From Spirochaetia bacterium (GTDB taxonomy: Bacteria > Spirochaetota > Spirochaetia > CAKZLE01), in NCBI GenBank assembly GCA_963677595.1, contig OY782041.1, positions 224,001-288,000 on the forward strand: a stretch of 64,000 nucleotides of DNA, read 5' to 3'. Both the position numbers and the translations under genes were made by a program. A model generated the notes under the pieces. It made no database searches and was not told where the DNA came from. It saw only the letters and a list, made by a program, of their open reading frames with translations. Positions 37,725-47,878 of the stretch are shown piece after piece. Every line of letters begins with the position of its first letter. The first letter of the stretch is position 1.

Positions 37725-39101
37725 ATGGGAAAAGAGAAGAAGACACAGACGCTTCCCCGGGCGACCTACGGGATCGGGTTCGTCGCTCCCCGCTACTCCG
37801 CTGCTGCGAGGAGATTCATGACCATCGTCGGCGGGGCCTATATGAGACTGTTCGAGGGGGTGCGGTCGGTAGGCATCATGCATGAGGAGATCCTGATCCA
37901 GGAATTGCAGAAGTTCTATGACGGGGAAGGACGGCTCATCCTTGCGTTCAGGCATGTCGCGAAGGAAGATGCTCCGGTCATGATGTATGCCCTCTCGAAG
38001 CGGCTCAACCGATCCATACGCAAGCTCAACCGGTCGCGGAAGAAGGGAGAGAAGATCATCCCCCATGCACGATTCCTCTATGGCAGGGATGTACTGAACT
38101 GGGCAGGCCGTGCTGCCGTATGGCTCTTTCCCAGGATCGGCTGCGTTCCTGTCCAGAACCGGTGGTCCAACAGGAAGGGGCTCGATATCCTGCGGGAAGA
38201 GATGAAGGACGGCACATTCCCGCTGGCCCTCGCCCCCGAGAGCCAGGTGACCTACCATATGTACAAGTGCTCCGATATCTCCTCGGGGATCTCCTCCCTT
38301 GCCTCCTGGGGGGAGGCCAGTACCAAGGATGTCTCGATCATCCCGATCGCCGTGGGCTATAAGCACAGCGAGCACCGGGAGCAGTTCATCCGCGATATGG
38401 TGGACCGCTGGGAGGAGGAGACCGGCATCAGGATCCTCGGCAAGGAACACGCACCGGTGATCGACCTGCTCAGGGAGCTCACCGACAGGACCTTATCCCT
38501 CCTGGAAGAGTTCTACCACCTGGAGTGTGGGGAATCCTTCGAGAAACGGATCGCCTCGATCTGCGAGGCCGGCCTCGACACGGCTGAGAAGCTCGCCGGG
38601 CTCACTCCCGAAGAGAGCTGGCTCGACCGGCTCTTCCGCATCAGGTATACCGGCGCCTATGCGCTCAAGCCCGAGGACCGGGACCCCGCAGCCCTGCCGC
38701 CGCTGGGCAGGAGCCTGGCTGACCTGGATGCCGTGCAGGCCCATATCTACCTGCGCCACTCCCAGATCATCGATGTGCTCGAGTATCTTGACCCGTCCTA
38801 TATCTACCCGGGATGCTCCCTCGGCAGGTGCTGTGAGTATGCCCTGAACCTCCTCGACGTCCTCAACCGGATGAAAGGAGGCAACATCAATACCCGCTAC
38901 ACCCCGAAGAACAAGGATGCAGTCATCCTCATGGGAGAACCGATCCAGCTCTCACGGCTGCTCGAGGACCAGGAGATGAACCGTAAGCAGAGGCTCACCT
39001 TCATCACTGACACGACCCAGTACCTGCTGCAGCAGGTCTCCGAACAGCTCGAGGGGCTGTGGGAGACCGAGTACACTACTGCAGCTTCAGATGATGGATG
39101 A
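37725..39101 (+). CDS. Putative glycerophospholipid acyltransferase
   Basis: HX4D motif 'FRHVAKED', 'PLALAPES', 'IIPIAVGY'. Confidence 0.7.
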   Translation: MGKEKKTQTLPRATYGIGFVAPRYSAAARRFMTIVGGAYMRLFEGVRSVGIMHEEILIQELQKFYDGEGRLILAFRHVAKEDAPVMMYALSKRLNRSIRKLNRSRKKGEKIIPHARFLYGRDVLNWAGRAAVWLFPRIGCVPVQNRWSNRKGLDILREEMKDGTFPLALAPESQVTYHMYKCSDISSGISSLASWGEASTKDVSIIPIAVGYKHSEHREQFIRDMVDRWEEETGIRILGKEHAPVIDLLRELTDRTLSLLEEFYHLECGESFEKRIASICEAGLDTAEKLAGLTPEESWLDRLFRIRYTGAYALKPEDRDPAALPPLGRSLADLDAVQAHIYLRHSQIIDVLEYLDPSYIYPGCSLGRCCEYALNLLDVLNRMKGGNINTRYTPKNKDAVILMGEPIQLSRLLEDQEMNRKQRLTFITDTTQYLLQQVSEQLEGLWETEYTTAASDDG

Positions 39102-39564
39102 TCTCGGCCGTATAGAGCGTATGGTAGTCCCCTTGCGGGTAGTGTTTGTCCAGGGAACGGTCAGTATGATCCTTCTCCATGACTGAGGTGTTCACGATCT
39201 TCCCGAAGAGGTGATCCCCCGGGATTGCCACGTAGGGTATATGCCCCTCTTCATGGTACTGCAGCGGCAGACTGCAGACGGCGAACTTGTCGTGGTCCCG
39301 CCCGGACTCAGTCCCGCAGAAGGCCAGCTCCTTCGCGAACTGCTTTGGTCGGGGGACTGTCACGGAATAGTGAGAAGCCCCTTCCATGAGCGCGAAGGTA
39401 TGGCGTGACGGACGGACCCCCACGGTCATGACCTCCCTCCTCCAGAAGAACCCGAGTTCAAACCAGCCGATCGTCATGGTATTGAGTCCTGTCGGTGTCT
39501 CCACCGTGAGGAACGCCCCTCTCTGTACCTGCTCCATCAGTTCCGCGTACTGTATATCGATCAT
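39076..39564 (-). CDS. Flavin reductase-like protein
   Basis: 'NTMTIGW', 'VRPSRHT', 'FCGTESGRDHDK', 'DYHTLY'. Confidence 0.88.
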   Translation of the reverse strand: MIDIQYAELMEQVQRGAFLTVETPTGLNTMTIGWFELGFFWRREVMTVGVRPSRHTFALMEGASHYSVTVPRPKQFAKELAFCGTESGRDHDKFAVCSLPLQYHEEGHIPYVAIPGDHLFGKIVNTSVMEKDHTDRSLDKHYPQGDYHTLYTAEIIHHLKLQ

Positions 39565-39656
39565 GGTCTATACCCCCTTATTGCTGTCCCCCATGATACC
39601 AGAAATCCCGGGGGAGCATCTACATGGGAATCGAGGAAAATCTTCAGCGGCAAAGC

Positions 39657-39717
39657 TTGACGGCACCATCTACTTGTACTATAGTATTATTGTACTAATC
39701 CTTTAGTACAATAATAC
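39657..39717 (+). promoter_or_regulatory. sigma70 promoter overlapped by a GntR/YtrA-type operator
   Basis: TTGACG-17-TATAGT (39657-39685); perfect 15-bp inverted repeat GTATTATTGTACTAA-4-TTAGTACAATAATAC (39684-39717). Confidence 0.85.
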
Positions 39718-39728
39718 AAAGAAGGAGC

Positions 39729-40142
39729 TTGACTGTTGTGACAGATCTAGGATTACAGAGACTTGAATTCAGTCTCGATCCCAAGAGCGGCGTCCCCTAC
39801 TACAAGCAGGTCATCCTGCAAGTGGAGATGGCTATCGCCGACGGGCGGCTGACCCAGGGGGACCAGCTGCCGACCGTTCGTTCGCTTGCAGTAGACCTGA
39901 GCATCAATCCCAATACCGTCGCACGTGCCTATAACGAGCTTGAGATACGCGGGATCGTGACGACCCAGCAGGGGACCGGGACGTTCATCAGTGACAAGCA
40001 GATCGAACTGACAGCAGTCCAGCGGGAAGAGGTTCTCGCTGAACTCTCGAAATCGTTCGTGTCGAAAGCGAACTCCTACGGGTTCACCATTGATGAACTC
40101 CTGGATTATCTAGAGGAACTCGGCCGCGACGGCAGCCGATAA
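39729..40142 (+). CDS. GntR-family (YtrA-like) regulator
   Basis: 'PYYKQV', 'QLPTVRSLA...INPNTVARAY', 'QGTGTFI', short C-terminal domain. Confidence 0.93.
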   Translation: MTVVTDLGLQRLEFSLDPKSGVPYYKQVILQVEMAIADGRLTQGDQLPTVRSLAVDLSINPNTVARAYNELEIRGIVTTQQGTGTFISDKQIELTAVQREEVLAELSKSFVSKANSYGFTIDELLDYLEELGRDGSR

Positions 40143-40158
40143 GGGAGGATACGAAAAG

Positions 40159-41262
40159 ATGAATTTCTTTGAATCGAAGAATGAGAAGATCAAGAACTTC
40201 AAACCGAAGAAACTGAACAAGGACTACTCATACCATGCATTGTCTCTGCTGGTGCTCGCACTGTTCATCGTTGCGGGCATCGTGGTACAGCTCGGCATCT
40301 ACCCCGACAGCAACACCATGAGTATCGTCGAGATAGCAATCGGGATCCTCTTCGGGGGGATCATCATGTCGCTGCTGCCGGTATGGGTGGTCACCGTCCT
40401 GCTCACCATCGGCCTGTGGGTCTCGTTGATGGCGAACTTCGACCTCTCCTATTCCATCATGGGCCTGGCAGGCTCCCTCGGCTTCCTCGTCTCCTCCTCC
40501 GTGCAGCTGATCTACCAATGGGATAAGGTGGTCATCCTGAGGATGGGAAAGTTCAAGAAGGTCCATGGTCCGGGCCTCTTCTTCCTCATCCCCTTCATCG
40601 ACCGGATCGCCGCCTTCGTCGATACCCGTATCAGGGCGACGGACTTCAGCGCCGAGAAGACCATCACCCGGGACACTGTCCCGGTCCATGTCGATGCCCT
40701 GGCCTTCTGGATGATCTGGGATGCAAAGAAGGCCGTCCTCGAGGTCGAGGATTATGTGGATGCGGTCATCCTCTCAGCCCAGACAGCCCTGCGGGATGCC
40801 ATCGGGCAGAATGACCTGAGCTCCCTGCTCTCCGAGCGGGATGAGCTCGGCAAGAGGATCCAGCAGACGCTCGATAAGAAGACGAACCCCTGGGGAGTCA
40901 CCATCCTCTCGATTGAGATCACCGAGATCATCATCCCGAAGGAGCTGGAGAACGCCATGAGCAAGCAGGCCCAGGCTGAACGGGAGCGGCAGTCGAGGGT
41001 CATCCTCAGTACCGCCGAGGTAGAGATAGCAAAGAAGTTCGAGGAGGCTGCGAAGCGGTATGAGAACAACCCGACCGCCCTGCAGCTGAGATCCATGAAC
41101 ATGGTGTACGAGGGGATCAGGCAGAACAGTACGTTGATGATGCTCCCCTCCTCCGCCCTGGACCAGATGAACCTGGGAGCAGCCTTGGGAACTGCCGCAC
41201 TGCAGAAGTCGCAGCAGCTCGAACAGAAGAACGAGAAAACTAACGAGAAGAAAGAGCAATAA
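40159..41262 (+). CDS. SPFH/stomatin (slipin) family protein
   Basis: 'GPGLFFLIPFID', 'ITRDTVPVHVDA', 'AQTALRDAIG', 'QAQAERERQ'. Confidence 0.92.
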   Translation: MNFFESKNEKIKNFKPKKLNKDYSYHALSLLVLALFIVAGIVVQLGIYPDSNTMSIVEIAIGILFGGIIMSLLPVWVVTVLLTIGLWVSLMANFDLSYSIMGLAGSLGFLVSSSVQLIYQWDKVVILRMGKFKKVHGPGLFFLIPFIDRIAAFVDTRIRATDFSAEKTITRDTVPVHVDALAFWMIWDAKKAVLEVEDYVDAVILSAQTALRDAIGQNDLSSLLSERDELGKRIQQTLDKKTNPWGVTILSIEITEIIIPKELENAMSKQAQAERERQSRVILSTAEVEIAKKFEEAAKRYENNPTALQLRSMNMVYEGIRQNSTLMMLPSSALDQMNLGAALGTAALQKSQQLEQKNEKTNEKKEQ

Positions 41263-41277
41263 GAGGGAGGCAATGCA

Positions 41278-41958
41278 ATGATCAAGATCGACAGCGTGAT
41301 CCGGGACTACCATGCGGGGGAGTCAGTCGTACATGCACTGAGAGGGGTATCGCTCGATATCGAGCAGGGGGAGTTCATCTCCATCGCCGGGCCGTCAGGC
41401 TCAGGGAAGACAACCCTGCTCAACCTGATCGGGTGTATCGACGCCCTTGACGGCGGGGACATCACGATCAACGGGGAGAAGGTATCCACCATGGGGAAGA
41501 AGGAGAAGACCAACTTCAGGAGGATCAACCTTGGGTTCATCTTCCAGACCTACAACCTCATCCCGGTACTCACCGCCTATGAGAACGTCTCGTTCGTCCT
41601 CTCCCTGCTCGATGTACCTGAAGCCGAAGTAAAGAGCAGGACGTTGGGACTGCTGAAGGAGGTCGGGCTCGAGGGGATGGAGTACAGGAGGCCCGACCGG
41701 CTCTCGGGAGGGCAGCAGCAGCGGGTGGCCATCGCCCGCGCGCTCATCAAGCAGCCGGACATCGTGCTGGCGGATGAGCCGACGGCAAACCTCGACTCGA
41801 AGACCGGCGAAGATATCCTGAAACTGATGAAGGAGATGAACCGGAAGCATAATACGACGTTCGTCTTCTCGACCCATGACAGGATGGTCATGGACTACGC
41901 TGACCGGCTGGTCATGCTCCATGACGGACAGATCATGAGTGATGAAAGGAGGCCATGA
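41278..41958 (+). CDS. LolD/MacB-type ABC ATP-binding protein
   Basis: GPSGSGKT, 'LSGGQQQRVAIARA', 'LADEPTANLD'. Confidence 0.93.
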   Translation: MIKIDSVIRDYHAGESVVHALRGVSLDIEQGEFISIAGPSGSGKTTLLNLIGCIDALDGGDITINGEKVSTMGKKEKTNFRRINLGFIFQTYNLIPVLTAYENVSFVLSLLDVPEAEVKSRTLGLLKEVGLEGMEYRRPDRLSGGQQQRVAIARALIKQPDIVLADEPTANLDSKTGEDILKLMKEMNRKHNTTFVFSTHDRMVMDYADRLVMLHDGQIMSDERRP

Positions 41959-43205
41959 TGAAATTCCTCATTTCCCTGGCGTTCAAGAACCTGACCAGGT
42001 ATAAGAGAAGGACCCTCATCACCGCAGGCGCTATCGCTGTCGGCATCATGATGTACATCTTCATAGACGCCATGCTCATGGGGGCTGAATATGAGTCAGT
42101 CAGGAACCTCAAGTGGTATGAGACAGCTTCAGCGAGGATCCTCCATGAGGATTACTGGGACGATCGCTTTCAGTACCCGCTCGATGTCAACATCGAGGAT
42201 CCAGATAAGATCCTAGACCGGCTCGATGAGGCCGGGATCACCGCCACGAAGCGCATCCGCTTCACCGGTGACCTGATCCTCAGCGCTGCTGAGTTCGGGG
42301 AGGACGGGAACATGCCGGTGACCGTCACGGCCATCGACCCGGACCGCGATTATGATGTCTACCATTTCTCCGACACCCTGATCGACGGGCGGTTCCTCGA
42401 ACCGGGAGAGGACGCTGCCGTCCTCGGTTCCTGGTTCGCCGAGGATATAAACGCATCGGTGGGCAACTGGGTAACGGTCGTCACCCGCGGCAACGGGGGG
42501 TTCTATGAGGCGATCGACCTCGAGATCGTCGGTATCGTCAACTGCCCGAACCCGAACGTGAACAGGGCCCTCCTGATGATCCCCATCGATACGGCAGACT
42601 ACTACCTCGCCATGGACGGGGCCGCGACGGAGATCAACATCAAGCTGCCCGACCAGGCAGATGTCGATGCCGAACTGCCGAAGATCCAGGAACTGCTCAA
42701 CGGCGACCACCTTTCCGTCATGAGCTGGGAGGCTATGGCCTTCGACTACCTGGCACTGGCAGAGGCAAAGCGGGGAGGGACGAGCGTCATCCTCCTGCTC
42801 ATCTTCGTGATCGCCGCAGTCGGTATCTCCAATACGATGCTCATGGCTATCTTCGAGCGTATCAGGGAACTCGGCATGATGCGCTCCCTCGGCATGGCTG
42901 ATTCCAAGATCAGGATCGCCTTCATCATCGAGGCAGCCGGGATAGGCATGGTCGGTTCGTTCCTGGGGGTCATCCTCGGCATCCTCGCCGACTACTGGAT
43001 CGTCAACTACGGGATCGACTTCACCTTCATCATGCGGGAGATGGATATCGGGTACAGGATCCAGGGGATCTTCAGGGGAGCCTGGAACCCCGGAACGATC
43101 ATACGGGCGTTCTTCGCCGGGACGATCATCTCGACCTTCGTCGCCATCCTGCCGACGAACCGGGCTCTGCGGATGGATATCCCATCATGCCTGAGACACC
43201 AGTAG
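41955..43205 (+). CDS. LolE/FtsX-like ABC permease
   Basis: 'KNLTRYKRRT', 'NTMLMAIFERIRELG', one TM + large extracytoplasmic domain + three TM. Confidence 0.9.
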   Translation: MMKFLISLAFKNLTRYKRRTLITAGAIAVGIMMYIFIDAMLMGAEYESVRNLKWYETASARILHEDYWDDRFQYPLDVNIEDPDKILDRLDEAGITATKRIRFTGDLILSAAEFGEDGNMPVTVTAIDPDRDYDVYHFSDTLIDGRFLEPGEDAAVLGSWFAEDINASVGNWVTVVTRGNGGFYEAIDLEIVGIVNCPNPNVNRALLMIPIDTADYYLAMDGAATEINIKLPDQADVDAELPKIQELLNGDHLSVMSWEAMAFDYLALAEAKRGGTSVILLLIFVIAAVGISNTMLMAIFERIRELGMMRSLGMADSKIRIAFIIEAAGIGMVGSFLGVILGILADYWIVNYGIDFTFIMREMDIGYRIQGIFRGAWNPGTIIRAFFAGTIISTFVAILPTNRALRMDIPSCLRHQ

Positions 43206-43214
43206 GAGGACCGT

Positions 43215-44453
43215 ATGAACAAGAAACTGATGATGACAGCATTGAAGAACATATCACGGAACAAGCGGAGATCGATCCTCTCAGCCGTGGCGATCGCGGT
43301 CGCGGCCATGAGCATCGTCATGCTCTTCGCCATGATCGCGGGCATGTCGAACGATATGGAGTACAATCTCAAGAACTACTACACCGGGAACATCCAGATC
43401 CAGCATAGGGATTTCGAGGAGTATGAGCGGTACAACCCGGTACACCTGACCGTCGACTGGGATGCGATCGCCCCGGTGCTCGGTTCCATCGACGGTGTCG
43501 AGGCCTATACGCCGAGGATCAACTTCCCCGTGAGTATCTATATCGACGAGGAGACCCATGGAGCGCTCGGGGTCGGCGTCGACCTCGAGCAGGAGGCTGC
43601 CTACAATAAGGATATCGAAGCTATCGTCTACGACGGCAGGCTCCCTGCAGCTGGGCAGAATGAGATCATCATGGGAGGGCTGCTGGCGAACAACCTCGGC
43701 TTAGCGATCGGGGACAGGGTCACCCTGCTCTCCACCACCGCCGCACGGGGGACCAACGCGATCACCGTGGAACTCGTCGGGATCGCCTCCTATCCGGTGA
43801 CCAACATGAACGCATCCACCTTCTGGATGCCGCTCGGCCGGGCCCAGTACTTCCTGAAGATGGACGGAGGGGTCTCTAACATCCTTATCAAGACTGCTGA
43901 GGATGCCAAGGAGAAGGACCTCATCCCCGTGATCGGCGAGGCACTCATGCAGACGACCGGGACGGAGTTCGACATACAGGCATGGACAGACCTCAATGTC
44001 ATGTACGGGTTCCTGAAGATCGCCCAGTACATCTACTACTTCATGGGTGTCTTCTTCTTCCTCCTCGGGAGCACGGTCATCATCAATACCACGATGATGG
44101 TCATTTTCGAGCGTATGCGGGAGATCGGGACCCTGGCAGCGCTCGGGATGCACGGCAAGGAACTGGTACGCCTCTTCCTGCTGGAAGGCATGTTCATCTC
44201 GACGATCGGCTCGTTCTTCGGGGTCACGCTCGGGGTAGTCTTCACCAACATCCTGAGCAGGGTGGGGATAGACTTCACCGATGCCCTCTCCGGCATGGAC
44301 TTCGAGATGTCATCGATCCTCTACCCGGAGGTCAATGTCCCGATCACGATCATCGTATTCTTCTATGCGATCGCCATCGCATCCCTGGCTACGCTGATCC
44401 CGTCCAAGAAGGCTTCACGGATCGAACCGGTTGAAGCGTTGCGTTACATCTAG
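43215..44453 (+). CDS. LolE/FtsX-like ABC permease
   Basis: 'KNISRNKRRS', 'NTTMMVIFERMREIG', 'PVEALR'. Confidence 0.9.
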   Translation: MNKKLMMTALKNISRNKRRSILSAVAIAVAAMSIVMLFAMIAGMSNDMEYNLKNYYTGNIQIQHRDFEEYERYNPVHLTVDWDAIAPVLGSIDGVEAYTPRINFPVSIYIDEETHGALGVGVDLEQEAAYNKDIEAIVYDGRLPAAGQNEIIMGGLLANNLGLAIGDRVTLLSTTAARGTNAITVELVGIASYPVTNMNASTFWMPLGRAQYFLKMDGGVSNILIKTAEDAKEKDLIPVIGEALMQTTGTEFDIQAWTDLNVMYGFLKIAQYIYYFMGVFFFLLGSTVIINTTMMVIFERMREIGTLAALGMHGKELVRLFLLEGMFISTIGSFFGVTLGVVFTNILSRVGIDFTDALSGMDFEMSSILYPEVNVPITIIVFFYAIAIASLATLIPSKKASRIEPVEALRYI

Positions 44454-44465
44454 AGAGGTTACGAA

Positions 44466-45206
44466 ATGAAACGATACAGAATCATGACAAGCATGGTACT
44501 CCTCCTGCTCTCAGTCTCACTCCTGTCTGCCATGACGGCAGAGGAGATCATGCGAAAAGCCGACGAGCTCCAGACCTTCGACAGCTCCTACTCGACCGGG
44601 GAGTTCAGGATCTCAGACCGGTTCGGGACCAAGGTCACGACCTTCAACGCCTGGTCTCGGGGGGCCGAGGAGTCCCTGATCGAGTTCACCAGTGTCGCCG
44701 AACGGGGCCAGAAGGTCCTGAGGACTGATGACTCCATCTACCTCTACTACCCGGATGCTGAGGAACTCATCAGGATGCAGGGCTCAGCCCTGCGCCAGGG
44801 GATGCTCGGGTCCGATATCTCCTACGAGGACATGACCGGCGGGAAGGACCGCCTCTCCCAGTACGACATCGTCCTGAGCGGGGAGGAGGCCCTCCTTGGG
44901 AGGGACTGCTACGTCCTGACCTTGACGGCAAAGACCAGGTCCGTCCCCTACCCCAAGGAGATCGTCTGGATCTCCAAGGACAACTACCTCGTTATGAAGG
45001 GGGAGTACTACACGAAATCAGGGAGGCTGCTCAAGGAGCTTGAGGTCCTTGAGACCGGCACCTTCGACGGGCTCGAGGTGGCCGTGGAGACGAGGATCTC
45101 GGACAAGATGAAGACCGATACCGAGACGATCATGGTCCTTGAGAGCCTTGATCTCGATGCGCGGGTCGATGATGATATCTTCTCGCTCGAAGAACTCTCC
45201 TGGTAG
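44466..45206 (+). CDS. LolA-like outer membrane lipoprotein-sorting protein
   Basis: Signal peptide, 'GQKVLR...YLYYP', 'GSDISYEDM', 'GRLLKEL'. Confidence 0.82.
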   Translation: MKRYRIMTSMVLLLLSVSLLSAMTAEEIMRKADELQTFDSSYSTGEFRISDRFGTKVTTFNAWSRGAEESLIEFTSVAERGQKVLRTDDSIYLYYPDAEELIRMQGSALRQGMLGSDISYEDMTGGKDRLSQYDIVLSGEEALLGRDCYVLTLTAKTRSVPYPKEIVWISKDNYLVMKGEYYTKSGRLLKELEVLETGTFDGLEVAVETRISDKMKTDTETIMVLESLDLDARVDDDIFSLEELSW

Positions 45207-45215
45207 GAGTACCGT

Positions 45216-46352
45216 ATGAAGAAGTTCCTGACCATAGTACTTGCCCTGCTGGTCGCGATTCCTGCGGCTGTGTATGCAGACGGGACCCTCACCATGGACT
45301 ACTCGCTGTTCGAGACCGTCCTGCGGACTATCGATACCGCAGGAGACGTCTCCTGGCTTACCACCCCTGCCGGGAGTGCGGAGCTGTCCTACAGTTCGAC
45401 CGGCAACAGGAACGTGAAGAGTGAGGTCGCCCTCTCGATCGTCATGCCTGACATCTCCACTGCGGACTTCGGACTGCCCAAGGACCTCTCCTTCGCCCTG
45501 GTCTCCCTCGACAAGGCCTACGTCAAAGCCCGGTTCCCCGAGTTCAGGCTCACGGCGGGGAAGACCCGCCTCAGCTGGGGGGACGGGTTCGTCTTCAACG
45601 CCGGGGACATCCTCTTCGACAGCCTGAGCACCGCAGTGGACCTGACCTCGAGTGAAGTCAGGAGTGACACAGACTGGCTGGTCTCGGTGAATGTCCCCCT
45701 GGGACGGTTCTCCTTCGCCGAGGCGGTCCTCCTTCCGCCGGACGATATGGATCTCGGGCACCTCTCAGCAGGAGGGAGGCTCTATACCACCATCGAGAGC
45801 CTGAAACTCGAGACCGGCTACATGTTCACCTATGATGCTGCCCAGACAGGTTATGAGCACCGCCTGTCCTTGGGACTGCAGGGGAATCTCGAGGCTGACT
45901 GGTACCTCTCGGGTGCCGTGAGCCTTCCCGGCCCCGGCTATGATACGGCCGGGACCCTCTTCGAGGACTCCCTCGATATTACCGCAGGGCTCTTCTACAT
46001 CCACCAGATTGACTCGGTACGAACGCTCACCCTGGGGCTCGAGTCACTGATCCAGCCCTATGAGAGCTGGGCAGAGAGTGCCGGGGGGAAGGACTACGGT
46101 ATCTTCCTCTATCCCGAGATCGGTTTCACCCCGAATGACACCGTATCGCTCTCCCTGCGGTCGATCTATTCCCCGATCGACGGATCAGCACAGGTCACCG
46201 CGGGCGGGTCCTGGAATGTGTTTCAGGGGTTCTCCCTCCTGGGGTACCTCATCGGGCAAGTCGGGGATGATGACGACCTCTTCTCCTGGGGGAATACCGA
46301 TCCCGGCTGGACATCCCTGACCTGCATGGTCGGGGTCAACTATATCTACTGA
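45216..46352 (+). CDS. Hypothetical exported protein, likely outer-membrane beta-barrel
   Basis: Signal peptide, 'LDKAYV...LTAGKTRLSWGDG', alternating strands, terminal aromatic residue. Confidence 0.7.
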   Translation: MKKFLTIVLALLVAIPAAVYADGTLTMDYSLFETVLRTIDTAGDVSWLTTPAGSAELSYSSTGNRNVKSEVALSIVMPDISTADFGLPKDLSFALVSLDKAYVKARFPEFRLTAGKTRLSWGDGFVFNAGDILFDSLSTAVDLTSSEVRSDTDWLVSVNVPLGRFSFAEAVLLPPDDMDLGHLSAGGRLYTTIESLKLETGYMFTYDAAQTGYEHRLSLGLQGNLEADWYLSGAVSLPGPGYDTAGTLFEDSLDITAGLFYIHQIDSVRTLTLGLESLIQPYESWAESAGGKDYGIFLYPEIGFTPNDTVSLSLRSIYSPIDGSAQVTAGGSWNVFQGFSLLGYLIGQVGDDDDLFSWGNTDPGWTSLTCMVGVNYIY

Positions 46353-46369
46353 TAAGGAGGTCTGGTGCC

Positions 46370-47572
46370 GTGTTCGAGAAGCTGATGGATCGCTGGTTCT
46401 TCTACGCCTGCCTGCTCGGGGCAGTGCTCAGCACCAGGATCCAGCCGGTCATACCCGATGATACTGCCGAGGGGCTGATGCTCATCCCCTTCATACTCAT
46501 CCTGGCTTCCCCGGCTGCCATCTTCATCAGTCGACACGGGTACCGGGTATATGCGGCCCTCAGTGCCCTGGGGCTCGGGGCAGCGCTGTCTATCGAGATC
46601 CTGATCCATCAGAATCTCTTCCTGATCGACAGCCTGCTCCTGCTCCTGATCATCACCACCCTCGTCTACGAGGTCTATGCCGGGGACCAGCAGCGTTCGG
46701 GGATCGACCTCTCCGCCGGAAACCTCCTCCTCATACTCCTGGCAGTGGTATCGGTCTACTCCGCAGCACACTGGTACGGGCCGGACCTCATCTGGTTCAG
46801 GCTGCTGCCGTTCATCCTCACCTTCTTCGTGATCTCCTACCCCGTCGCGAACCGGGTCCTCCTGCGGACAGCTGGGGGGCTGACCCTCACGGTCATCGTC
46901 TATCACAGCCTGATCATCTACCAGCGGGACCAGGAGCTGCTGAAGACCCTGGTATCGATCCCTCATTTCCTCATCTGCCTCACCGCAGTGATCAGGTCGC
47001 TGAACATGCCCACACCGCAGGAGATAGACCTCCGCATGACAGACTGGATCGAGTCGAACAGAGAGTTGCCGGTCGCCGATGTGGAGGAGTATGGTGACTG
47101 TTCAGCCAAGATCACGATCTACCCCTGGACGAAGAATCCCAACAGGTTCATACCCCATCACTACCGTACCCAGGCCCTGCGGGGGCTTGATGCCATCCTC
47201 ACCTCCTGGGAGGGCATGAAAGGTTCATATGCCGGGGACACCGACCTCCAGCTCTGGGTCTTCGGGACCTACCCGGGACTCTCAGAGGCAGTATGCGCGG
47301 GGGTACCACAGCCGGGGGACCGCAGGACGAACTACTTCGATCCCGTGGCTGAACCGCTGCGCTTCTCTCCCCCTCCCCGGTACCTTACCATGTCCCTGCC
47401 CGGGTATGCCTGGGAACGGTGGCAGGTCATCGACCGTGAGTATGAGTATCTTGATGACCTGACGGCAGCACAGATGCGGAGGCTGCGCAGGAAGGGGTAT
47501 CATGAGGTGCCTGGTCCTGAACGATCGTTCCAGAAGGTGATCGACACGGTATGGGTCGGGAGAAAAAAATGA
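46370..47572 (+). CDS. Hypothetical protein: multi-TM N-terminal half plus soluble C-terminal domain
   Basis: AAGGAGG RBS before GTG; hydrophobic to about aa 210, then polar. Confidence 0.7.
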   Translation: MFEKLMDRWFFYACLLGAVLSTRIQPVIPDDTAEGLMLIPFILILASPAAIFISRHGYRVYAALSALGLGAALSIEILIHQNLFLIDSLLLLLIITTLVYEVYAGDQQRSGIDLSAGNLLLILLAVVSVYSAAHWYGPDLIWFRLLPFILTFFVISYPVANRVLLRTAGGLTLTVIVYHSLIIYQRDQELLKTLVSIPHFLICLTAVIRSLNMPTPQEIDLRMTDWIESNRELPVADVEEYGDCSAKITIYPWTKNPNRFIPHHYRTQALRGLDAILTSWEGMKGSYAGDTDLQLWVFGTYPGLSEAVCAGVPQPGDRRTNYFDPVAEPLRFSPPPRYLTMSLPGYAWERWQVIDREYEYLDDLTAAQMRRLRRKGYHEVPGPERSFQKVIDTVWVGRKK

Positions 47573-47743
47573 GCCATGATACAGAGGGGCTGTACCATGA
47601 CCCGGTATGTTAGTAAAAACCATCAAACTGATAAGTTTTTCTTTTCCTGTTGTTCTTTGTTGCATTACCATTATTAGGGCAAAGTGACTATCTGTCAAAC
47701 TATTTATTGAAAAAAATATCTATTTCTCACAGTCAATAACCAC

Positions 47744-47772
47744 TTGTCTCCAAGCCCGCACTACGTTACAAT
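47744..47772 (+). promoter_or_regulatory. Candidate sigma70 promoter for the riboswitch-led operon
   Basis: TTGTCT-17-TACAAT ending a few nt before the riboswitch P1. Confidence 0.65.
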
Positions 47773-47777
47773 GAGTG

Positions 47778-47878
47778 CGTACTTCCGAGTCAGCAAGTCC
47801 TACGGCCCCTGCTATGGACTGCGACCGTTAGAGGTCACCTGGGAAACTGGTGCCCTTCCCGTATTTGGAAAGGAAGCG
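47778..47878 (+). ncRNA. Moco RNA motif riboswitch (P3-less, Tuco-like variant)
   Basis: P1 CTTCC/GGAAG; P2 GTC-GC-AGTCC/GGACT-GC-GAC with a CCTACG...TATGG receptor; P4 GAGG-CACC..GAAA..GGTG-CCTT; 3' signature CCCGTATTTGGAAAGGA overlapping the RBS. Confidence 0.85.

Noticed and set aside
47744-47878. TTG-started extension of the solute-binding protein
   Set aside because: Coincides with the promoter and riboswitch; the signal peptide begins after ATG 47879.
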